From Neocallimastix sp. 'constans' (taxonomy: Eukaryota), in assembly GCA_050613775.1 (NCBI GenBank), contig JBODTK010000106.1, positions 124,001 through 188,000 of the forward strand: 64,000 nt of DNA, read 5' to 3'. Position numbers and translations under genes: made by a program. How positions within the stretch are numbered: the first letter of the stretch is position 1; every line of letters starts with the position of its first letter. The notes under the pieces were generated by a model that was not told the origin of the DNA, ran no database searches, and saw nothing but the letters and a program-made list of their open reading frames with translations. Positions 1 through 12,575 of this stretch are shown piece after piece.

Positions 1-147
1 ACTAATACGAAATCTATTCAAAGAATTTCACCCATTTCTATGCCTTCATTAACTCTACCACCACCTACTTCTCCTTCAATATCCGTCACTTCTTCACCGA
101 AAAACACCATACTTTCTCCTGTCTCCTCTGTCAATACATTAATATAA
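1..147 (+). CDS. 3' end of a gene entering from the left; Ser/Pro/Thr-rich C-terminus (...ISMPSLTLPPPTSPSISVTSSPKNTILSPVSSVNTLI*)
   Basis: Frame +1 is open from base 1 to TAA at 145-147. It is clearly more GC-rich than the near-pure A/T sequence that follows. Confidence 0.6.
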   Translation, partial: TNTKSIQRISPISMPSLTLPPPTSPSISVTSSPKNTILSPVSSVNTLI

Positions 148-403
148 ATTATTTTAAAAAAAAAACACCCTCTTCCACCAAGAAAATTTATTGATAAGAA
201 AAATAAAAATAAAAATAAAAATAAATATAAAAATAAAAATAAAAATGAAAATGGAAATGAAAATTTATTTCAAATAATAATAAAAAATAATGATATTATA
301 AATAAATAAATAAATTTATATAGATTTTATATTAAAATAAAAATAAATACATTATAAAATAATAATAATAATAATAATAAAATAAAACAAACAAACAAAC
401 AAA

Positions 404-441
<38 letters not shown>

Positions 442-1039
442 AAAGAAAAAGGAAGAAATAACTACGAAGTTTTATATTCTATCAAAAAAAAAAAAAAATA
501 ATAAATAAAATAATATCATATAATATAATATAATATAATATAATATAAAAATAATATAAAATAAAATATCAACATATTTTTACCTTTTATTAATATTAAT
601 AGTTTATTAAATACAATTTATTTATTTATTTTTCACCATTAATAATATACATTTTATTTTATTTTTATTTTTATTTTTATTTTTATTTTTATTTTTATTT
701 TTATTTTTTATTTTTTATTCATTTACAAATTTAAAAAAAGAAAAAAATAAATAAATAAAATACATGTTAATATAAAATCTTTATTAATATTATTAAATAG
801 GTAAAGAATATTTTAATTAAATCAATAAATAAAAATAAAAATAAAAAACTAAAAGAAAAAGAAAACTATCTTTAAAAACAATAATAATTATAAATATTGA
901 ATAATTATTAAAATCTATTACATATACACATAGATAAAGACAACATAATAATTATTATTTAATTTTTTTAATATATGTATATTTAAATTATTTATATACA
1001 TATTTAAAATAAATAATAATTTATATATAAAAGTATGAA

Positions 1040-1102
<63 letters not shown>

Positions 1103-1578
1103 TTAAAAATTAGCAAATAAAACAATATTAAAAAAGAAAAGAATTTTTTAAACATTTTTTTTTTTTACTTTATATATATATATATAATATTCATATATTT
1201 AATATAATTTATTTTTTATTTTTATTTTCATTATTTATTTTTTTTTATGGTATATTTCTTTTCATTTTAAAAAATATTATATTTCTATTATTTAATTATT
1301 CTTTTTCTCAACAATGACAACAACCTATCACTAAAAGATAGTAATCATAAGGAATGGTATATATATATATATTTTATTTTATTTTTTAAATTTTATGTAT
1401 AAATTCCTTAATAACAAAATATGAATAAAAAAAAAAAAAAAAAAAAGACAAGCCTCCAAACTTTTTTTTTTATTAAAATACATATATATGTATTATAAGT
1501 AACTTAATTAAAAAGAATATAATTTTCTATTTTTATAAATAGAAAAGTTTTGAATATTAATAATACATATAAATACAA

Positions 1579-1610
<32 letters not shown>

Positions 1611-3805
1611 AAGCTATATATTCCTTTTTTTTTTTTTTTTTTAAATATAAATATTTAAATGTCAAAAATTTAAATGTCAAAAACTAAATAATAATTAAAT
1701 ATACAATAAATATATTTTAATAAATATATAATTAAAAGACAATTAAAAATATTAATTTTATTTTTTTTTATCAATTATTATTTCAATTTATGAAATTAAT
1801 ACAGAAGAGTATATAACATATATATATTTTATAGCGAACTTATGCATTTAATATACATTATAAAACTAATTATAGTATGCATTACATTGTAAAAGAAAGA
1901 AAAAAAAAATTTTTTATATTAAAATTATTGAATCCATAATATCTGATATATAATATATGTAATAAAATATGTATTATAAAAAGTTTTTTTTTTTTATTTA
2001 AACCATAATTAGTTTTAGAAATTAGTTTGTTCAAGTGTTGCCCTCTTTGATATATATATATATATATAATTATTAATTTAGATATCTCTTTTCCACAAAA
2101 TATTTATATTACAAAAAAAAAAAAAAAAAAAAAAAAAGTAAACTTTATATATATATTTAAATAATTTATATATAATAAATTAAAAAATGAATATATATTA
2201 AATGTTTTACAATAAAAAAAAATATCGTAGTAATTAAAACATTAATTAAAAAAAAAATTAAATATTTAAATATATATATAAAACTTTTTTTCTTTTTTGT
2301 AATATTTATATGATGATAAAATAAAAAACTTTTAAACCTTAATAATTAATAATAAATCAATTTTTTGATATTTTAAAACTTTATTATTTTATATATATAC
2401 TTTTTAAAGCATCATTTAATTATTAATTATAATAAAAATTGATATATATTTGACTTATATTTAAACAGTAATTTTATCTTATTATTAAATTATAATATTT
2501 AATTAGTTCAAATTAATAATATTTAAATATCAAAAAAAAAAAAAAAAAAAAAAAAAAAGAAAAAATTATATATTTTAACTTTTTTTATATATTTTTTTAT
2601 TTAAATTGATAATTATTATTATTTAGAATTTAATTTAAAAAAATTTTTTTTCTCAAATCTTTTTTTACCGTTTTATAATTTTATTATTATTATGATTGTT
2701 TTTTTTATATGATTTAATTCATCATTAAAACTATGAAAACTGCCTTTTTTGGTATTTTAATGTATATCAAATTGTAATTTAAAAATTTTATTTTTTTAGA
2801 AAAAAAAATATATATATTAAATTAAGTGGTTAAAAAACATCAAAAAATTAAGAATATAAATAATTTAATGACTGAAGTGGTGATTTAAAAATAATTATCA
2901 TTCTAATAATAATTATTAAATATAGATTATTAACATTATATTCATTTAATTATACTTAACAATTGTATGTATATTCCATTTATTTGATATATTTTTTTTA
3001 ATTTTAAATTGTTTTATTTTTTTTTATTAAAAAAAAAAAAAAAAAAGATAAAAGTTTAATAGGAAATTTTTTAATATTTTTTTCTGTAAAATATATTGTA
3101 ATATCTATTTATTTTAATATGTATTGATGTATATATGAATGTACAATTTAGTTTTGCTTTATAAATGAATTAAAAAACTATAAATTTATTCAAATTTTAT
3201 AAGTATATTTTTTTTTACAATGTTGAAGTATATGATTTGCCGTAATTAGAAAGATAGAAAGAAAGAAAGGTTTATATTTATATATATTAATAATTTTTAT
3301 ATATTTAGCCAAAAAATAAAGTTGAATAAATTTGTAACAAATTTAATAAAATAAAAAAAATAGAAAACAGTTTTTTTTAATTCCTTATTAAAATAGTTTA
3401 AACAAATAAAAGAGATGAAATAGTAATTGAAGTAATTGAATAGTCACTCATTAAATAATAATAATAATTAATTGCAATTCTTTTTTTTATATATTAATTA
3501 ATAATAATAATTAATAATTATATTAATTAATTGATTATTATAACTTCATATTAAATAATATTAAAGTCTATTATTATGAAAAAAAAAAATTTTTTTTAAA
3601 GTTTTATGGAATAATCATGTATATATAATACTCTATATATTTAATGATTGATTAATTTTTTCAATTGATATATATTTAATATTTAATATATATGATTAAA
3701 TTCTTTAATATATTCATTTAATTTAACAAAAACTAAATTAAACTTTTAAAAAAAAATGTAAATCCATTCTAATTAAAAAGTTGTATAAAAAATTATATAA
3801 AAATA

Positions 3806-3861
<56 letters not shown>

Positions 3862-4163
3862 CGATGATGATGAAATAATAAGAAATAATAATAATAATAA
3901 AATTATAATAAATAAATAAATAAATAAATAAATAAAAATTAAAGCATATAAAATATGATATTAATATATTTAAATGTATGAATAAAACCTTTTTTTTTTT
4001 TTTTTTTTTTTTTTTTGTTCTATTATTATTTTATTTTTATTTTTTTATATATAAAAATAGTAATTTAAATATAAAAATATAAAATAAAAAAAGTTAATAT
4101 AAAAAAATATAGTATTTATAAACTAGTATCAACCAGTATCAACCATACCATATCCTTATATTT

Positions 4164-4194
<31 letters not shown>

Positions 4195-4341
4195 TTAAAG
4201 TATTTAAATATATAAATATATAAATATATTTATATATATATATTATATATATATTTGAATTATTTAATAAAAAAAAAAAAAAGATAAAATTTATAATACT
4301 AATTATTATTATTAATTATTATTTCTTTTTGAAGTAAAGAA

Positions 4342-4394
<53 letters not shown>

Positions 4395-5197
4395 AAGGAA
4401 AAAATGAATTAATATAAAAAGAATATGACAATTTATATTAATGTATATAAATAATATATATTTATAAAGAAAAAATATTTTGAAACTATACATATTTAAC
4501 AACTTTATATTAAAAATTCTTAAAAAAGTTTTTGCAATTTAAAAATAAAAGAAATTAAATTAATTTTCCTTGGAATTATAACAATGTATTTTTAACAGTA
4601 ATAATGAGAATTACTGAAAAGAATATAGTATTTTTTTAGAATCTCATTACATTTCAGTAATAAACAAGCAGGAAAAAAGTTATACATGTACATATACATA
4701 TATTTAAAAATAATAATAATTATAATAAATATAACAATATTATTTAATATTCATAGTGAGTAGAAATCGAATGAATTCATATTATTTTTAAATATATGAT
4801 AATAATTTTTATACCAAAACTAAAAAAGTATATTAATTGAAATTTCAATTCAGAATATTATATAATTAATAATAATTGAGGAAAAGTAATAAATCAAATA
4901 CTGAAACAAATAGTAATAATTGATAATAATAATAATAATAATAATTAAAAATAATATATATACATATATAATATTTTCTAAATTATCTCAAAAAAATTTA
5001 TTTTAAATAATAATATTATATATATATATTTTTAATTCAAGTATTAATAATAAATAAAATAATAAATTATTAAAAAAAAAAAAAAAAAAAAGAAAATTAA
5101 TATAACAATAACAAGTCACAAGTATATTATTTTAATAGTAACAATAATATAAATATTTTTTAAAAAGGAAAAAAAAAAAATCATTTTTCTATTAACC

Positions 5198-6016
5198 ATG
5201 AGTAACTGTAGAACAAGTCTTAGAAACATGCATAGGGAAACTCGTTTTTCTATACCATTTAATAATACTAGTATTAAAAAGAAACTACTACTAAATAAAA
5301 TTGGTTTATCACAAGAAATAGATACAGTTCTTTCATCCCAAGTAGCTAGTCCTTCTAATAAAACAACTATATCAACTTCTAAAAACTCAAAAACCAATTT
5401 TAATATAGGCGATAATAGAAATAATGTAAATACACTTTCTGTTTCAAATTTTAAAAAAAATAATGTTATTCGTCCACTTTCACCCTCCGATAAAGGTTAC
5501 AGCAGTGACCTTGATGATAATTTAACACTATGGAATGAATCTTCCCTTACCATTGGTAATTGTAGTCATAGTAGACTTGGTTTAAGATCTCCTACACCAG
5601 ATTATGATGAGAGTCCTCCTACTTCTATATTATCACCTATTCTTCAAAAAGGAAATAGTAGTAGTTTAATTAGAACATCTTTTGCTTATCATGATAGTGA
5701 TGAGGATGAAACTGGTGATATGACGCTCTGTGATACATCTCATGATCCTAATCTAGTTATTGATGAAAAATCTTTTTTTTTCAGAAGAGTTAATGGTGTC
5801 AATACCGTAAGAAAAGCGAAAAGTCTCGATATCATTAATATTTCTTCAAATTTTAATGACATCCACGATTCTAGAAGAGATGACATAAAGATGGATTTTA
5901 ATATACTTAAAGAATTAAACAATATCGATTCAGATAAAGAAGTTAAAAATAATATCATTGAAAAGAATGAAAACAATAACAATAACAATAACAATAACAA
6001 TAACAATAACAATAAC

Positions 6017-6086
<70 letters not shown>

Positions 6087-6994
6087 TATTTGAAGATATA
6101 AATGAAATTGAGGATGTAACAGTTTTATCCAATGCCCCTACTCCTATTCATCAAATAAGTGATCATTCTAATGATGATAAAATTAATAATAATAATAATA
6201 ATTTAAAAGAAATAATAAACGGAAATACTCATGAAAATAATGAAAATAGCCATATTAGCGGTATATTTCAACATGCTATATCAGAAAAATCTAATGATTA
6301 TAAAAATATAACAAAAGAACAAAAATCAAGTAAATTAAAAAAAGAAAAACTTACCAGTGAACTGTCAAAAAAACAAGATTCCCAAAATTTCAACTTGTCA
6401 GAACCAACCTATGATGAATCTGAAGAACAATCATCAGAACAACCACTAGAACAATTATCAAAACAATTACTAGAACATTCATTGAAACAACCATCAGAAC
6501 ATTCACCAAATCATTCATCAGAACAACCATCAGAACAATCATTAAATAATTCATCTACAGAAGAAAATCAAAAAGAAAAAGGGAATTCTATTCAATTCCG
6601 TCCATCCTTTGCCGAACAAATGTTTTTACAATTTGTTGCTGATGATGAAAAAGAGAAATATGAACTTCAACAAGTCATCATTGATCAAACAACCCAACGA
6701 TTAAGTGAACAACAACAAGAAGTTAGTCGACTCAACACAAAAATTAATCATCAAAAAGTTAAAATGGAAGAAAGGAAAGCTCTTCATCGACAACTTTCTC
6801 ACGAATTAGAGTTGAAACGTCGACAAAGTGCAGAACTTCGTCTTAAACTTTCTACGCAATTTGAAAAGAGTCAACAGCAACAAAAGGAATTAAACTATTA
6901 TAAAAAATTGAATACAAAATGTATAGAAGAAAATCGACTTCTTCAACAACAAATTCGAGAATTAACAAAAATAAAATTTTTAAAATTAAGTTGA
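5198..6994 (+). CDS. Hypothetical 598-aa protein: Ser/Pro-rich disordered N-terminus, poly-Asn tract, C-terminal coiled coil
   Basis: Long single ORF with coding-like composition. The C-terminal ~120 aa have heptad-like E/Q/K/L content. No family recognised. Confidence 0.85.
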
Positions 6995-7917
6995 GGAAAA
7001 AAAAAAAAAAAAAAAATTCTTACAATCATTATAACAACAAATATATATATATCTATATATATTAATACATGTTTATTAATGTCATATATATATACTAAAT
7101 TTAACAATTATTTTTTTTTCTTTTAAAGTAAATATTTTAAAAATGTTAATTATCATATTATTATATAATACTATATTTCGTATATTTCAACTTTTAAAAA
7201 CAACAATCAATTATTCAATTTAAAATCATTCATTTTTAAATATGCATATTAATATATATATATATATAAATATAACTCAATTAATTTATATATAAAATAT
7301 TATAATTTATATATATATATATAAATAAAAAAAAAATAATAAATCAATTGTTATATATATGTATACTTATTTTATATATATATATATATATAATATTGTA
7401 AATAGATTAATATAAAATTATAACATATATATATGTTTAAATTCTTTTTATTTTTTATTTATTTTATTATTTTTTATTATTTTATAATAATACTAAAATA
7501 TGAATTTATATATAAAAATATAATAATGATACTAATAAAATAATAATATTAAAAGGTGAGATTTATAAACAACATTTTTAACAATAAATTATAATAAATA
7601 AATATAAATATATAATTGTACATCAAATATTATACTCATTTCACATGAATAAATATCTATAAAAGAAATAAAAATTTTTTTTTTTTTTTTATAAAAAGGA
7701 ATATCATTAAAAAAAAAAAAAATTTAAAATGTAAATGAAATTCAATAGGTTATAAATTTTCATTTTTATTATTATTATTATTATTATTATTACTTTTTTT
7801 TTTTTTTTTTTTTAAAAAAAATAAAAAATTAGTACTAGTTTAGTAAAATACTGATCCGTTTTATCCTTTCCAATTCTACTTGATAAAAAAAAATTATATT
7901 AAATAATTATATAATAT

Positions 7918-8270
7918 AAATGAAATGAAAATTATTTAATAATTCAAAACTATTAAATAAAATAAAATAAAATAAAAAAATTATATAAAATTTATTAATA
8001 ATAAGTCTACATAAAATGAAAATTATTTAATAATTCAAAACTATTAAATAAAATAAAATAAAATAAAAAAATTATATAAAATTTATTAATAAGTCTACAT
8101 AAAATGAAGATTATTTAATAATTCAAAACTATTAAATAAAATAAAATAAAAAAAAAAAAAAAAAAAAAAAAATATATATATATACATATATATATATTAA
8201 ATTTATTAATAATAAATCTACATGAAATGAAAATTATTTAATAATTCAAAACTATTAAATAATAATAATA
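7918..8270. repeat. Tandem repeat of ~90-120 bp, 4 copies (core AATGAAAATTATTTAATAATTCAAAACTATTAAATAA...)
   Basis: The core recurs near 7924, 8014, 8103 and 8226, with AGTCTACAT/AATCTACAT at unit ends. Confidence 0.85.
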
Positions 8271-8869
8271 ATAATAAAAAAAAAAAATTTAAAAGATTAG
8301 TAATCATTAAACAAATAATGTATAAAATAAAATTATTCAAAAAAGTTAAAAAAAAAATAAAAAAAAAAAAAAATTAAAAACAATTAAAATTAATATATTC
8401 ATAATTTAATAGAAAGATAAAAATAAAATAAAACTGACAACAAACAAACAAACAAACAAACAAAAAAAAATAATGATAAAAATGTTTGTAACTTTTTATT
8501 TTGATAATAATAAAAAAAGTTTATAAATGGTTAAGTATATTTGTGATTTATAAATTTTATAATTTAGTATAGATATTGTTATTATTGTTAATGAAATTAA
8601 ATAGATCGAATAAATGAATGAATGAATTATATAAGTAAATAATGAAATTAATTATTTAATTTAGTTTACCATTATTAAATTTAATGAACACCGAAGAATA
8701 TACTTTGTTTTTAAAAATTTTTAATTTCTATTTTCAATAGAATATTTTTGTTTTATTTTTTTTTTTTTAAAAAAAAAATTTATATTTCTATTGAAACAAT
8801 TGAAAAATTAGGGTTAATTAATCATAATAGTTTATAATAAATAAAAGAATAGTTAGAAATTGAAAATGA

Positions 8870-8945
<76 letters not shown>

Positions 8946-8950
8946 TATAA

Positions 8951-10514
8951 ATATGTGAAACATAAGCTTCCAATGTGTTGAAATATATTGTAATAATATT
9001 AATGTATAAGCCACAATACAATAATATAAAAGGCATTTATTTTAAAAAATAAAGTGCTGATGATTATCATCAAATATTTTTATAAAGTTGATATAATTAT
9101 AAATCATAAATTCATGGCTTTTATCAGATTATGAATCTTATCTGACTCTTAAAAAGATTCTTAGCAAAAGAATCGTTTGCTCGGACACAGTATTATGTCA
9201 AAGAAAATAAATTGGATTTTTTAAATTATAACAAAAGTTGCTCATTATGTCAAATTAAGGAAGACTCATAAAAATGAACATTTAAAATGATAAAGATTTC
9301 AAAATTGAAGAAACTCGTAAAAATATAAAATATCTGATAGAAGAAAATTATCTCAAGTAAAATAAAAACTCTCGAAAGTATATATAAGAACATATTATAT
9401 ATTTCTTCGTTCTCCCTTCTCTTAATTGAAATTATAATTAGATGTTTTATCAAGTAAAACTCTCTACTATTAATAATGTACTATATACATACATAAAGGA
9501 TTCTACTCTGTGATAAACTATTTCCATCATATGAATATGGAAAGCACAATTTAATAATATACATTACTTACAAAGATTTAAATTATCATATATTATAATA
9601 TTATAATGGTTTTTGTTAAACCACAAAGAATATTATTAAAGGTATAGTTATTTTAATGCATATTTATACATATCAAAAACTGTAATATATATTAACAACA
9701 ATAATGGAGGAAACTTAATGTCAGAAATCCCACAAAAAATAATTTAAAATATAATATCCCATATATTCGAGGGAAATATAATAGAATTTAATTCAAAGCG
9801 TGAAATGGATGCATTTTAACAATAATAGTATTATTAAACCTAACTTGAAATGGGTTTAGATAATAATTAATTTAATATAATAAAACTGCAAAGCGAAAAT
9901 ATATAAAAACAAGCACTAATCTTCAAAGCAGATTATAATTAAAAGTGATGTAAACCCAATATATAAGAGGTTTTCACATAAATTGAGATGGTATAATATT
10001 ACACTTCAAGCGAAAGGTTTCCATCATATAAATAGTATATATTAACCATATATTATAAGAGATACATTCAATATTAAAAGTATAATAATATTAAATATTT
10101 TTCTTTAAGGTGAAACTATCAGGTTACAAATATATTTAAGAAATTATTTTAACAATATTTAAATCGAATTAAAGAATTAATACAATGTAAAAATTATTTT
10201 ATTCATGTAAAATTAAAAGTTGATTTAGAATAGTATAATAAAATAAAGCAAATATTAAAAAATAGTATAATTTTATATATCCATATTCATTAGAAAATCA
10301 ATTTATTCATTATAGAGTAACAAGGTTTAAGGAGATTGTTAGAATATGTGAAATATATGAAATATAAGCTTCAAATGTATTGGAACATATTGTAATATAT
10401 ATTCTTAACAAGCCACAATATATAAAAGCATTTAATTTAGAATAAAAAAGTCCAACATTTTACCATAAAATATATTAAGTTATCATAATTATAAACCATA
10501 AATTTATGGCTCTT
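8951..10514 (+). mobile_element. Degenerate element: ~170-bp diverged direct repeats flanking ~1.2 kb of decayed coding-like DNA (possible HNH/NUMOD4 endonuclease relic)
   Basis: 8951-9123 and 10344-10514 share ATATGTGAAA..ATAAGCTTC.AATGT.TTG.AA.ATATTGTAAT..AAGCCACAATA..GCATTTA..ATAATTATAAA.CATAAATT.ATGGCT. Internal frame fragments include HFNNNSIIKPNLKWV, FPSYE/FPSYK and NVRNPTKN. Confidence 0.4.
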
Positions 10515-12224
10515 AAAAATACTAGAAAGTATTTTAAAAATTATTTAATATATTAAAAAAAATTTTTTTTGATTTATTTATTTTAATAATTATTTATTTA
10601 TTTAATTTTAATAATTTTTATTTGTTATTGTCTATTTTTTTAAAAATTAAAAATATTAAATTTTTTGGAATAGCCTTTTTTTTTGAACAAATCTTTATAT
10701 ATTAATTTTTATTATTTAATTTTTAAATTTATAAAATTTATAAAATTTATAAATATTATTTATTATTTACTATTTATTATTTATTATTTAGTATTTATTA
10801 TTTATTATTTATTATTTATTATTTATATTTTATAATAAAATTGAAAGTCATATTATGATTAATACCCTTTATATTATATAGAAATACATGTAAAAAATGC
10901 TTTATTAGTAGATTATAATATTAAAAAAAAAAAAAATTCAAAATATTTAAAAATAATTATTTATTTATTTTTAACTAGAAAAAAAAAAAAATAGCAACAT
11001 AAAATTAGAAATGAGAGTAGTGGCAATACAATAATATAATATTGAATTTTATAAAAGAAAAAAAAAAATTTAAAATTGAATTGGATTAAAAATTTAAATA
11101 ATAAATAATAAAATTTTATGATAGAAATTAAAAAAAAGAATATTCTAACAAACTAACTAAATAATATATAATAAAATAAATAAATAATATCTAATAAATA
11201 AATAACTAAATAAATAATATATAATAAATAAATAATTATATAAATAAATAATTATACAAATAATAATTAGTACAAAATATTGATAATTTATTTCAATTAA
11301 TAAAATTAAAATTTGATTATATTTTTAGTTATATTATATAATAATAAGTAACTGAATAAAAATAATAAATAATTCATAATAAATTACTAAAATAATTAAT
11401 CATTAGTTAATTTTTATAATTAGCAAAACTTTAAATATTAATTTTTTTTTAAAAAAAGATTAACATTATTAGAATTAAATCTGCTATTTTTAAATGAACA
11501 AAAATACTTTTCTTTTTATAAACCATATTATATTACACTTTATAATTTTATATTAATTATATTACTGGCATAAAGGAAAATAGATTTATTAATAATATTA
11601 TTTTCCCTATATACTACTACTTGATAGAAAAAAAAATAATATTAATAATGATAATAAAGTAATTTAATACAAAATTTATATATATATGAAGTATATTTAT
11701 TTTATATTTAAGATATAAATATATTACATCCGTTTTTTTTTTATTAATTACCTATTCAATAATAACTAAATGATTTTTATCCAATATTAATTCATTTGAT
11801 AAATAAATAAATAAATAAATAAATACATGATGAAATAAATGAATATAATTAAATGAATATAAATGAGTAAATAAATAAATAATCAAGTAAAAAATAAACA
11901 TATTTAATATTTTAATATAGATTTTTTGTTAAAAGGGATTTTAAACTTAATAAAGTTTTTTTGTAAAACTTCATTAAGTTTTACAAAAAAAAAAAAAGAA
12001 ATCTTCTTTTTAATATTATTATAGCTCAATAATGTTGAGATTTTATTAATTTATGTATAAAAAGAGAAACCAGATAGCAAATTCAGTTGTGACATTTAAG
12101 GGAAAATTTTTTCTTATTTATTACATAAAATTTTAATAAAAATAATTAAAAAATATATATATAATAGAATAATAAATAGTAAAAAACAATAGAAAAATAA
12201 ATAGAATAAGTAATAAATAGTAAA

Positions 12225-12575
12225 TAGTAAATAATAAATAATAAATAATAAATAATAAATAATAAATAAATAAATAATAAATAATAAATAATAAATAATA
12301 AATAATAAATAATAAATAATAAATAATAAATAATAAATAATAAATAATAAATAATAAATAATAAATAATAAATAATAAATAATGAATAATAAATAATGAA
12401 TAATGAATAATAAATAATAAATAATAAATAATAAATAATAAATAATAAATAATAAATAATAAATAATAAATAATAAATAATAAATAATGAATAATGAATA
12501 ATAAATAATAAATAATAAATAATAAATAATAAATAATAAATAAATAAATAATAAATAGTAAATAATAAATAAATA
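12225..12575. repeat. (AATAAAT)n heptamer satellite
   Basis: Directly visible. It generates the spurious ORFs 12114-12587 and 12146-12583. Confidence 0.95.

Noticed and set aside
1314..1356. ATG-starting islet followed by GTATAT (possible first exon)
   Set aside because: Stop after 6 codons and no linkable downstream coding exon. It could be UTR but cannot be supported.
4299..6132. Minus-strand ORFs 4299-4502, 5116-5397 and 5740-6132
   Set aside because: Poly-A artefact or antisense shadows of the real 5198-6994 gene.
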